A stretch of DNA of 26,822 bases from Salpingoeca rosetta (lineage: Eukaryota > Protista > Choanoflagellata). The position numbers were made by a program, and so were the translations under genes. Position 1 is the stretch's first letter. Every line of letters starts with the position of its first letter. The notes under the pieces were generated by a model, which made no database searches, had not been told where the DNA came from, and saw nothing but the letters and a program-made list of their open reading frames with translations. Where the stretch lies: the NCBI GenBank assembly GCA_033442325.1, contig JAWQFM010000015.1, positions 1,088,813 through 1,115,634 of the forward strand, in the 5' to 3' direction. This document shows positions 1-12,112 of this stretch, one piece after another.

Positions 1-1
1 G

Positions 2-454
<453 letters not shown>

Positions 455-458
455 TCAC

Positions 459-758
459 CAAGCTTGCTTCACGTGAAACTGGCAAAGAAGCCAGCGAGAG
501 TTGGGAAGTGCCTCATCCACGGCGCGACCTTCGGCAAATGTCTTATCCGTGATCACGGCCGATGGAGTGATACCGTGGTCTGCAACCGCTTTCCGTAGAA
601 AGTGTGCGACGACGCCGATCGTCTCGTGACTCACAATGGGCGTGCGCCACAGGTATTCCCCATCCATAGACGCTTTCGACCACCACGCTAATCAACGGGT
701 GGTCGTACATGTTTGTGCCATGTGTTGAGTCAAGAAAAATGCCACGATGCCCACACTC
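459..758 (-). pseudogene. MULE catalytic exon with a +1 frameshift (extra C at 638-640)
   Basis: GIPVAHA is read in one frame and IVSHETIG...VITDK...CQFH in the next (GCG CAC GCC C ATT GTG). Removing one base restores the frame and the phase-2 splice TG|G to exon 134-1. Either a real lesion or an assembly error. Confidence 0.6.
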
Positions 759-911
759 CTAAGGAAACACAGAACAAGCATGCATGGGAAGTGATGACGA
801 GACGCTTACCATTAGCCACGTGCACAAGGCTGGCGACACACTGCAGTATTGACACGCCAACACGACACGAGTCAACAGAGTGCCCCATGTGTTGCAAGGC
901 GGTGCACATCA

Positions 912-1352
<441 letters not shown>

Positions 1353-1383
1353 TCACTCACTCACCCACTCACGCGCGCACTCA

Positions 1384-1965
<582 letters not shown>

Positions 1966-2505
1966 TCAAATACTCACATGAGGCGTCGTGATCCGTAATA
2001 ACATGCTGCATGAGTTCCTTCGCGGTACAAAACGCAGCATCTGCGCAACCGCTCCGGCACTGAAAATGACCACGCGCCTGGCATATAGGGCAGAGCGCCG
2101 CTGGTGAGTAACACACGCACATACACACACAAAAGAGCGCAGACACACGCACGCATAAACACACACACACACGCTGCAAGCGTGTACAATCACCACCAGA
2201 TTCTGACCTTCTGTTTTCCGTGGTCGCGTAGTTGGTGCCTGGAGAGCGCCTGTCTGCTGCTGAAGGTCTGTGTACATGTGTTCTCGGGGCATGGGTACAC
2301 AATGGCAACCTCGTTGCTGTTATTCTTGAACGTTTGCAGAAGGTCAGCAACGTCAGCACCTTTGTGCGACGTGCAGATGTGACGCTTGGCAGAGTCGAAA
2401 CGAGTGAAGCGGGCGCTACAGCCAGACGCTGGGCACTCGAAAGGTTTCGTGTCTAGTGAAATCGCCGACAAGTGGCGTGAGCACACACGAGCGCAAACAC
2501 ACACA

Positions 2506-2541
<36 letters not shown>

Positions 2542-2559
2542 AGAGCGCACTCACACGAG

Positions 2560-3050
2560 AGTGCACACACACACAAGAGCGCACACACGGAGTGTTGTTT
2601 CGTACCCGGGGTGACGACATGTGCCTGGTGTTGTTGTGTCGTCGCAGCTGTGACTTCTGACCCAGTCCCTGGGATACACACACATGCGCATGCAGCTAAC
2701 CATGAACAGACATGCACACAAGAGCGCACAAGCACACACGCACACACAGGCGCACACGGAGTGTTGTTTCGTACCCGGGGTGGCGACAGTTGCCTGGTGC
2801 TGTTGCGCCGTGGCTGTGACTTGTGACACAGTCCCTGGGATACACACATGCACATGCAGCTAACCATGAACACACACACAAGAGCGCGCACACACACACG
2901 CACACACAGGCGCACACGGAGTGTTGTTTCGTACCCGGGGTGGCGATAGTTGCCTGGTGTTGTTGCGCCGTGGCTGTGACTTGTGACTCAGTCCCTGGGA
3001 TACACACACACACACATGCGCATGCAGCTAACCATGAACAGACACACACA
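2560..3050 (-). repeat. Three tandem ~160-170 bp exon+intron units inside the transposase gene
   Basis: Near-identical units tcccag|GGACT...ACCCCGG|gtacgaaacaacactccgtgtg. Exons 2994-2935 (60 nt), 2834-2775 (60 nt) and 2668-2606 (63 nt), all phase 1-1. Intron text such as catgcagctaaccatgaaca is also repeated. Confidence 0.9.
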
Positions 3051-3060
3051 CACACACAAG

Positions 3061-3142
<82 letters not shown>

Positions 3143-3179
3143 AGAGCGCACACATACACAAGAGCGCAACACATGCACA

Positions 3180-3213
<34 letters not shown>

Positions 3214-3840
3214 AGAGCGCAAACACACGCACACGCACGCACAGGCGCACACAAATAATCACTGAGAGATACACACATAGACACTCATGCACATACGGAC
3301 ACAGGCAGGGTGGGGCCATTGCGCACCGTGTGTGTTATTGGCGGATTCGTCGGGCAGAGGCAGTAACTCTTCAGTGATGCGGTCGCGGACAGACGAAAGA
3401 GGAGGTCAGGGTGGTTGTTGTGTGAAGTCAAGCGATCATGTGAGGGACAGCCAGGCAGGGGAAGACTTGAACACCACATGAAGGCTGTTCTTTGTGGGCA
3501 AGAGACGTGGGAATGACAAGTGCGCACCGAGGGTATCGACCAAGTCTTCAGGAGAGATTTGATCGGGAGTGGTGTGGATGGATGCCATCGTTGGAGTGGG
3601 GAGGGGTTGGTGGGTGAGGGCAGTGGGGTTGTGCAGTGTGGTGGGGAGGACGGGGTCGTTGCAAAAATGTTTATTTGGGTCAGACACGTTTTTCAAAAGG
3701 CAGAATATTGGGTGTGTGGTGGGGAGCAATCTCAGGAGCGGTGAGTGGGCCACCGGGAATGCAGACGCACTTGCCCGGACACAACGGATCGACACCATAA
3801 ATTGCAGTGAAGACAGCCACGAACCGAACCGAGAACAACG

Positions 3841-4030
3841 ATGGACGACGACGCACACCTGCACGACTTGCCGGTAAGCTGGCTGGGTGGAAAGGACAGT
3901 AAGAAGCGCAAAGGAAAAACGAGAGGGGAGGAAGGAAAAGAAGGGGGTGACAATGAAGTGCGTGTCACAACTGCGCCAGCGTCTCTCGTTGTGAGTGTTG
4001 CACTTATGCTTGCTTTCTGATGCACCTTTG

Positions 4031-4069
<39 letters not shown>

Positions 4070-4522
4070 GATTTGATGACTGCCATGCATGCAGGAGGAT
4101 GATCTCCTGGATGATGCAGACCAGGAGCTTGTGACAGAGCCACAGGACGCTTCAGCAACAGGCACGCGAACCCAACATGCCTCTCCTCTTGTGTGTGTGT
4201 GTGTGTGTGTGTGTGACTTGCATGCGGGTTCATTGGGACATCGATCCTATTCGCTTATTGATATGCCACACATCCTTCCACGTGTGCTTTTTGTTTGTGT
4301 TCTTTTCGTTTGCTTTGGGAATGTTCTTGCGGTATTGCAGTTGATGCAGAAGCCGCTTCTTCCTCGGAAGCAGGCAGCACGGTGCCGCGCCCAAAGCAGC
4401 CCGTGCGCCCCGCTCCGCCCCGACCATACGCGGTGCGCAAACGTTACAATTTGTTTGTGTGTGTGTGTGTGTGTGTGTGTGGATGTGAGCTTGTGTGTGT
4501 CTCTGTGTGTGTGTGTGTGTGT

Positions 4523-4600
<78 letters not shown>

Positions 4601-6014
4601 CGGTCTGTGTTTTGGTTCCATGAATATCCATGTGCATGTATGCAGCAATTGCTATGACAACATCGACGGGGCGCCCTGTTGCCATGCTGAGGGTGTCATT
4701 GCGGGTATCCCTCAGCTGCTTGCGATGTTTCGCTGACACCTGACGACACGTTGTCCCTGCTGGTATGTGCAGAGTGAGAAGAAGGTGCCTCCACCGAGGC
4801 CAGCGCCACCGCAGGCGGCATCCACTGCCGCAAAGGCAACACCAGCCACAACAGCGGACCAGCAGCAACAACACGAGGAAGAGGAGGAGGACTTCTCCGA
4901 CATTGAGAGCCTGGGTGTGCTCAGCACAGCGGGTGTCGATCGACAGAGCCGACCCGTGTTTGTTTTCTACGCGTGTAAGCTTCCCCCACGCGCAGACAAC
5001 CTCCACGACAAGATGCTCAGGTGGGCGTGTGTCTGTGTGTCTGTGTCTGTGTGTCTGCGTGTCTGTCTGTCTGTCTGTCTGTGTAATTGCAAGGGGACTG
5101 TGATGATAGCACTGTGATGTCACTTGGCTGTGCGTGTAGTGTGCCGTGGTGGGGCAGCGAGGTGACCTCTTGCACTCATAGGCAACCCTCTCTCTCTTTC
5201 GCTCTCTTTATCTTACTCACACACACTCGCTTGCCCGCTCGCTTCCTTGCTTCGTCTGACTTTGGTGTGTCGGCAACAACAGATACATGGTCAAGACAAT
5301 GGACGCGATTGTGGAGAATGACTACTCCATCATCTACTTCCACCACGGCCTCTCCCGCGATGTCAGTGGGAACCTGCGAGGGTGTGGGTACAGGGTTGGG
5401 TGGACGACAGTTGTGGTGTCGGTGTCTGTGTGTCGGTGTGGATGCTTTGGCTGCCAATCTACGCTGGCTGTCTGTCTTCACTGCCTGTCTCCATTTGGTT
5501 GACACTCTGCTACTGCGTTATCTTGAATCACTGTCTTCGTGTGTGTACGATCGTGTGTGTCTGTCTGTCTGTCTGTCTGTCCGTCCGTCCGTCTGTCTGT
5601 GTGTGTGTGTGTGTGTGTCTGTCTGTCTGTCTGTCTATGTGTGTGTTGTGTGCACGTTTGTTTGTTGTTTCTGCTGCAGACAAAACCCTCCCTCAACTGG
5701 CTGCGAAAAGTCTACTTCAGCTTCGATCGCAAGTGCGTGCATGGCCACTTCGGTTCAGCAACACCCGCTTCCCCCCCCCCTTTCGTTTTGTGTGGACATG
5801 GGAGTTGCTGGATTTGTGTCTTTGATGTGCATGGGCACTCCCATTACATGTGCACGAGCGCACTCACGCCACTGTTGGCTGCTCCGCGTGTGGTTGATGG
5901 CTGCAGGTACAAGAAGAACCTCAAGGCGCTCTACGTTGTGCATGCGACCATGTTTGTGCGGACTGTCATGACCATTCTTCGCCCCTTTATCAGGTGAGGC
6001 CGAGGGAAGCGCAG

Positions 6015-6057
<43 letters not shown>

Positions 6058-6067
6058 TGTGTGTGTC

Positions 6068-6106
<39 letters not shown>

Positions 6107-8612
6107 GCGGCTGCGTGTATGTATGTGTTCGTGGCTGTCTTTCTGTCGCAAGTTCCTCTGTACCTGTGACTGTGCACCTTCGATGATGGCTTGCACATGC
6201 TGCACACACACATGTCGCGTGTTCACGGACGTGAGTCTGCGCCATCGCATATGTGTGCGTGTGCTGGTCGTCACAGCAAGAAGTTTGGCCGCAAGATCAC
6301 ATTTATCCACGAGCTGTCTGCGCTCGAGAGCCATGTCCACATCGACCAGCTCCACATCCCCGACGTTGTCAAGGAGTACGTGTGTATGTGTGTGTATGTA
6401 TGTATGTATGTATGTATGTATGTATGTATGTATGTATGTATGTGTGTATGTGTGTACATGCGTGTGTGTGTGCATGTGTCCTTGCGCGACGCTTTATGTT
6501 CATCGTTCTGCCTCTCAGCTGTCTGCCAGACTGTCTTGCTCTCTGCGCCTCGCTGTCGCGCATGCTCTCAACATTGTGTGCTCGGTGTTTTTCGTGTTGT
6601 GTTGTCAGGCACGATGAGAAGCAGCGTCGAAGCAAACGCACTCGCACCGTCTCCGGCGCACAAACAGGTTGGTGAGGCGGTTGTGTGAATGTGTCAACAC
6701 GTGGACGCGTTTGTGGTTTTTCCATGTCTTGTGTGAGTTCGTGTGCTTGCGTGCATCCGTATACTCCTGACCACGCACGCACGTTTGAGTGTGTGTGTGT
6801 GTGTGTGTGTGTACACATGCGTGTTTTCTTCTGTCCATTTCCTCGTGATTTCGTTTGACCTGCGTCACCATCCCCCCCCCCCTCTCCTCTCTTCTTCCCT
6901 TGACCACAGCCGGTAGCACTGGGCCGCGCGTGTTTGGGGAATCGCTTGATTGCATCACGGCCATGGACGAGGACTCCGGTCTTCCCGCCGTCATCGCCGC
7001 AGCCATCAACCACCTCAGGCTTCACGGTGTGTGTGTGCGTGTGTCTGTGTCTGTGTCTGTGTCTGTGTTTGTGTCTGTATCTGTGTGGGTGTGCGCGCGT
7101 GTGCGTGGGTGTGCGTGTGTGTCTCTGCACATCTCTGTGTTTATCTGCTTATGTACGTCCGTCTCCCCTTGCCCCTCCCTCTTTCTAATTTCATCTCCCC
7201 TTGCACCCCCCCCCCTTCTAATTCCCTTTCCCCTGTCCCCCCCCCCTTTCGGTTCTCATCACCTGCCCATGGCCGCGACTGCCTGGCCAGGGATGGACGT
7301 TGAGGGCATTTTCCGCCGGTCTGCCAACGCCAATACCATCAAGGAGCTCAAGCAGCAGGCAAACGAAGGTGCGGCTTCTCTGCTGCCGCTGGTTTTGTTG
7401 ACCGTGCACGCGTGTGTCATTGCCTCTGCGCTAAACTGTTTTGCTGCCGGACGTTCTGGGCACGTTTGCTTTGCCTGCTGGTCTGATCTGCCTGGCGACA
7501 GGATTTGCCCCGTTCTTCCCGCCATGACCAGCACACCACATTCATTCACGCGCTTTCATGAACTCCTGCATCGAAACGTTCATGAACACCTTCATCCACA
7601 CGTTCACCCACATTCCCTCCTGCAGGTGCGGCCATTGACTTTTCGGCGCACGCGGACATCCACATCCCAGCGGTTATTGTCAAGACGTTTCTGCGCGATT
7701 TGCCGGAGCCGCTCCTCACACACGACAAGTTCGCACAGGTCCTCGCCATCTCAGGTTTGTACCCATCGGGGCCGGGGGTTGGGGGACACGTCTTTGCGTT
7801 TGTGTCTGTGTGTGTGTGTCTGTGTGTCTGTGTGTCTGTGTGTGTGTGTGTGTTTGTGTCTGTGTGTGTGTTTGTGTGTGTGTGTGTGTTTGTGTCTGTG
7901 TGTCTGTGTGTGTCTGTGTCTGTGTGTGTCTGTGTGTGCGTGTGTGTGCGCGTGCGTGTGCGCGTGCGTGCGCGTGCGCGTGCGCGTGTGTGCGCGTGCG
8001 TGTGCGCGTGCGTGCGCGTGCGCGTGTCTGTGATTGTGTTTCTTTGTACCTGCGTGTCCTTGCATGTGCCCATTCCTGCATGCAGCGCTTCCTCCAACTT
8101 CTCGACGTAACGCTACCGGCATTCACACATACACACGCACCACGCGCACATCTACTTGTGTACGTGTTGTCAGGCATGGAAGATTCTGCGGAGAAACTAC
8201 AGCAAACAAAGGACATCTTCCACACGCTGCCGCCACGCAACCTGGCGCGTGAGTTGGATGAAGCGACCTGTGTGACAGCACACACACACACCTCACATGC
8301 AGCAGCAGCAACAACAACAAACAAACAAACAAAAAAACAAACAAACAAATAGCGCGCTTGCAAGCACCACGCTCACAGCACCTTGCACATACATACGCGC
8401 ATGCGACCAGTTGCACGGTGCCTGTTTCTGTTCTTCAAGGACATTGCTGAGCGCAGCGAGGAGAACAAGATGACCGCCTCCAACTTGGCCATCGTCATTG
8501 GCCCAAATCTCCTCTGGTCCCGCGACATGGCTGCTAACCTCGCAAGTGCGTTTGGAAAGAGGGAGGGCGGGGTGGGATGGATGGACAGAAGCGACAGGGC
8601 GCGCGACACTGT

Positions 8613-8685
<73 letters not shown>

Positions 8686-8945
8686 TGAGTGAGTGTGTGT
8701 GTGTGTGTGTATGTTGTCTGTCTGTATGTGCAGACACTCCTCTCCCTCTCCCCCCTCCCCCTTCTCAAACCACTGCGTCTCCCGCATTTCGCTCCTCACG
8801 CCCCCTTTCGTTGCCTTTCTGCTGCCTGCGTGTAGCCATGGGCCAGATCAACGTGTTTACGCAGTATGCCATCGAGAACGCGCGCCGCATCTTCCCGGAC
8901 GACGCAAGCGCGGACGAAGCAACAGCAGACGCTCCATCATCGTGA
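3841..8945 (+). CDS. ARHGAP1: Rho GTPase-activating protein, ARHGAP1/ARHGAP8 (p50RhoGAP/Cdc42GAP)-like: BCH (Sec14/CRAL-TRIO-like) + RhoGAP domain
   Basis: 15 phase-consistent exons: 3841-3873, 4095-4161, 4341-4432, 4773-5020, 5283-5361, 5680-5732, 5907-5993, 6277-6375, 6609-6667, 6910-7026, 7291-7368, 7626-7754, 8174-8248, 8411-8545, 8836-8945. BCH motifs [58 protein letters not shown] motifs EGIFRRSA (arginine finger), [30 protein letters not shown]. The exon 2 donor is uncertain. Confidence 0.92.
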
Positions 8946-9017
8946 TCACCGTCGTCATCGCCACAGTTGCTGATGGTGCAATGGGTGTTCCCATGTCGCA
9001 ACATGTGATGTGATGTG

Positions 9018-9031
9018 ACACACACACACAG

Positions 9032-9086
<55 letters not shown>

Positions 9087-9185
9087 CATACACACACACA
9101 CACACAACATACATACACACACACAGCATACACACACACACAGCATACACACACAGCATACACACACACACACACACACACACAC

Positions 9186-9228
<43 letters not shown>

Positions 9229-9268
9229 CATACACACAGCATACACACACACACACACACACACACAG
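9018..9268. repeat. Compound (CA)n microsatellite with CAGCATA interruptions, between the RhoGAP and HIS2 genes
   Basis: Read directly from the sequence. Confidence 0.9.
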
Positions 9269-9712
9269 CCGTTGCAAATTGCAAATTGCAAATTGCGTGC
9301 CTCGTGAAAGTGCGCAACCACCACTTTGTTGCTGTCCTCCGCGAGTCCTTGCGCACTCCACCACCATCAGCGCACCCACACCAAGCAAGCAACCACGTTG
9401 CTTCACTTCTTGCTTTGATCAGGTAGCGCCGACAAACCACACCCCCCCCGCCTCTTCCCTGCTCGCTTGCTTGCTTGTTGTTGTGTTGTGGCCGTTCCAT
9501 TTGCCGCTGGCCCTCTTGTATGCGTCCTCTTTGATTGAATTGCCAGTCACGAACCGAACCAGAGGTCAATGTGGATGAAACAAGTGAGAACGCACATGTC
9601 CCTGTCCTCTGCTTCGCCTCTTGTTGCAACACACGATAACAACGCACCACTCGCCTCGCGTGCACGCACACGTACACTTTGAAACGAAGAAGGGAACCAC
9701 AGACGACCAAAC

Positions 9713-10078
9713 ATGGTGTTCTCGTACCACTCGCACAGCGGGCAGTTCTGCAAGCATGCGGCAGAGACGCTTGAGGCGAACGTGCTCGCAGCCATCGAGG
9801 TTCGCCCTCGCGTTTGTACGGCATGTGTTGTGTGCATGTGTGTGTGCATATGTGTATATGTGTGTGTGTATGCTCTGTGCTCTCTCCCTCTCTCTTTGTC
9901 TGTTTGTCACTGTGCCTCTGTTCGAGCTTACACAGTTGTTTGTTTGCGACTGTCATGCGCATGCAGCTGGGCTTCACCCACCTCGGCCTTTCCGAGCATA
10001 TGCCTCGCTACTGTGACGAGCACTTGTACCCCGAAGAGAAGGAGGTACGTGCTCATTGTGTGTGTGTGTGCGTCTATG

Positions 10079-10138
<60 letters not shown>

Positions 10139-10912
10139 GGTACATGAGGCCAACACGTTCGTGCAGCTGCTGCTGCTGCTCCTCACAGCAACATCTGCCA
10201 CTACCGCGCTGTCCTGTTGTGTTCACGTGAATATGTAGCTGGGCATGACACCCGCCGATCTGGAGCAGCAGTTCGACGCCTACGTGCAGGAAGCACGCCG
10301 CGTCAAGGCAAAGTACGCCGACAAGATCCACCTCGTCATCGGCTTTGAGACGGAGATGTGCCGCCCAGAGTCCGTGGCAGATGCACTGCACCTGATGCAG
10401 AAGTACTCGCTCAGCTACTGCGTGGGCTCCGTGCACCACGTCAATGGCGTTCCCATCGACTTTGATGAGCCAACCATTGCACGCGTGGAGAAACAGCTCG
10501 GCTCCACGGAGGCGCTCTTCGTGCGCTACTTCGAGCTCGTCAAGGAGATGATTGAGGGCATCAAGCCTGCTGTCGTCGGCCACTTTGACCTCATTCGTCT
10601 GCTGCGACCACAGCAGCCGCTCACGGAGCGCATCTTGGCTGCTGCCGATGCCGCCATCAACGCCGCCGTCAAACACAACTGCCTGTTTGAGATTAACACT
10701 GCAGCGCTTCGCAAGGGCCTCCAGGGGCCTTACCCACACGCCGACCTCGCCCTTGTACGATGCCATCATTGCGTGCGCGTGTGTCTGTGTATGTGTGTGT
10801 CTGTGTGTATGTGTGTGTATGTGTGTGTCTGTGTGTGTGTGTGTGTATGTGTGTGTCTGTGTATGTGTGTGTATGGTGTGTCTGTGTGTGTGTGTGTGTG
10901 TGTCTGTGTCTG

Positions 10913-10975
<63 letters not shown>

Positions 10976-11431
10976 GTGAAGGGGTCTCTTTGCGACATGC
11001 CCATGTGTGTGTGTGTGTGTGTGTCTCCTTGTCCGACCCTCCATCCATTCGTCCTGGCTTCGATAGCCACACGTTTGTCACACCCATACTCATTCCCTCT
11101 CCTCCACCCCCCCCCCCCAACTCGACCCCAACTCGTGTCCAACGCCCCCACCGCCCACCAGCGCATTGCGCAGCGCGGAGCCCGCTTCACCATCAGCGGC
11201 GACAGCCACTGCCCCGACTTTGTGGCCACGTGCTATGCCGCGCTCCCCGCGTATCTGGACGCCCTCGGCGTGGACGCCATCTGGTACCTTGAGGCCGACG
11301 AAGGCAAGCCCGCCCTGGCACACCTGTGCACGGACTGGCGGCGCTGGTTCGACACACACTGCCAGCAGCAAGACGGCAAGGAAGGGCACGTGGTGGCAAC
11401 GGACAACACCGGGCAGACAGCCTCCAAGTGA
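9713..11431 (+). CDS. HIS2: Histidinol-phosphatase, PHP family (fungal His2/HisJ type), ~316 aa
   Basis: Exons 9713-9799, 9967-10044, 10239-10754, 11162-11431 (all phase 0, 951 nt). PHP metal-ligand motifs YHSHSGQFCKHA, LSEHMPR...LYPEE, GFETE, VGSVHHVNGVPIDFD, VVGHFDLIRL, FEINTAALRKGL..PYP, FTISGDSH. Confidence 0.88.
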
Positions 11432-12036
11432 CGCCGGTGCATGCGAACTCATGCTGTGTGACGACCTCGTGCAGTCACGAGTGTGCTATCCATCTCATTT
11501 GTTTGCCGTAAGCAACCCTGTCGTTCCCCCTCCCTCCTTCCTCTCTTTGCGATGTGTGCCCCTTCCTTGCTTGCCCCCCCCCCCCTCCATGCTGCTTGTC
11601 GTCAATGTCATGTTCCAGCTGCTGAGGAGCAGCGCAGCTTCCTCATCGCCACTTGCACTCACGTCGTCACATCACATCACGTAGCCTAGAACCACATCTC
11701 ACATGCTCCACGACACGATCCACCCTGCCAGCCACTCGGTTTCGTTTATCGGTGCATCGCCGAATGCAACACAACAGCTTGCGCGCTGCAACGTCAAGTA
11801 CAGGCACACGCACACGCACTGCCACGATAAGGGAGACAGACAGACAGAGAGGGGGGAGGAGATAGGAAACGAAGGGGACCACGAACATGCACAAAGCCAA
11901 AGACAGGTCAGAGAAGTACAGGGAGATATCACATAATCCCCACAACAGCCGCGCGCACACACGCACACACTCGCATACACATACACACATACACACACAC
12001 ACAACGCACACACACACAACACACTCACTCACTCAT

Positions 12037-12068
<32 letters not shown>

Positions 12069-12112
12069 TCACTCACTCACTCACTCACACAACCCACACG
12101 GCGCACGTGCTG

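Noticed and set aside
455-460. Apparent premature TGA after CQFHVKQAW in the transposase (possible readthrough or selenocysteine)
   Set aside because: It lies in a splice donor (TG|gtgaga). Splicing to cag|G at 134 restores W-L-R-H-F in frame.
2560-3050. Regularly spaced repeats resembling a CRISPR array
   Set aside because: Eukaryotic context, ~160-bp units with splice signals, microsatellite spacers and no cas genes. These are duplicated exons.
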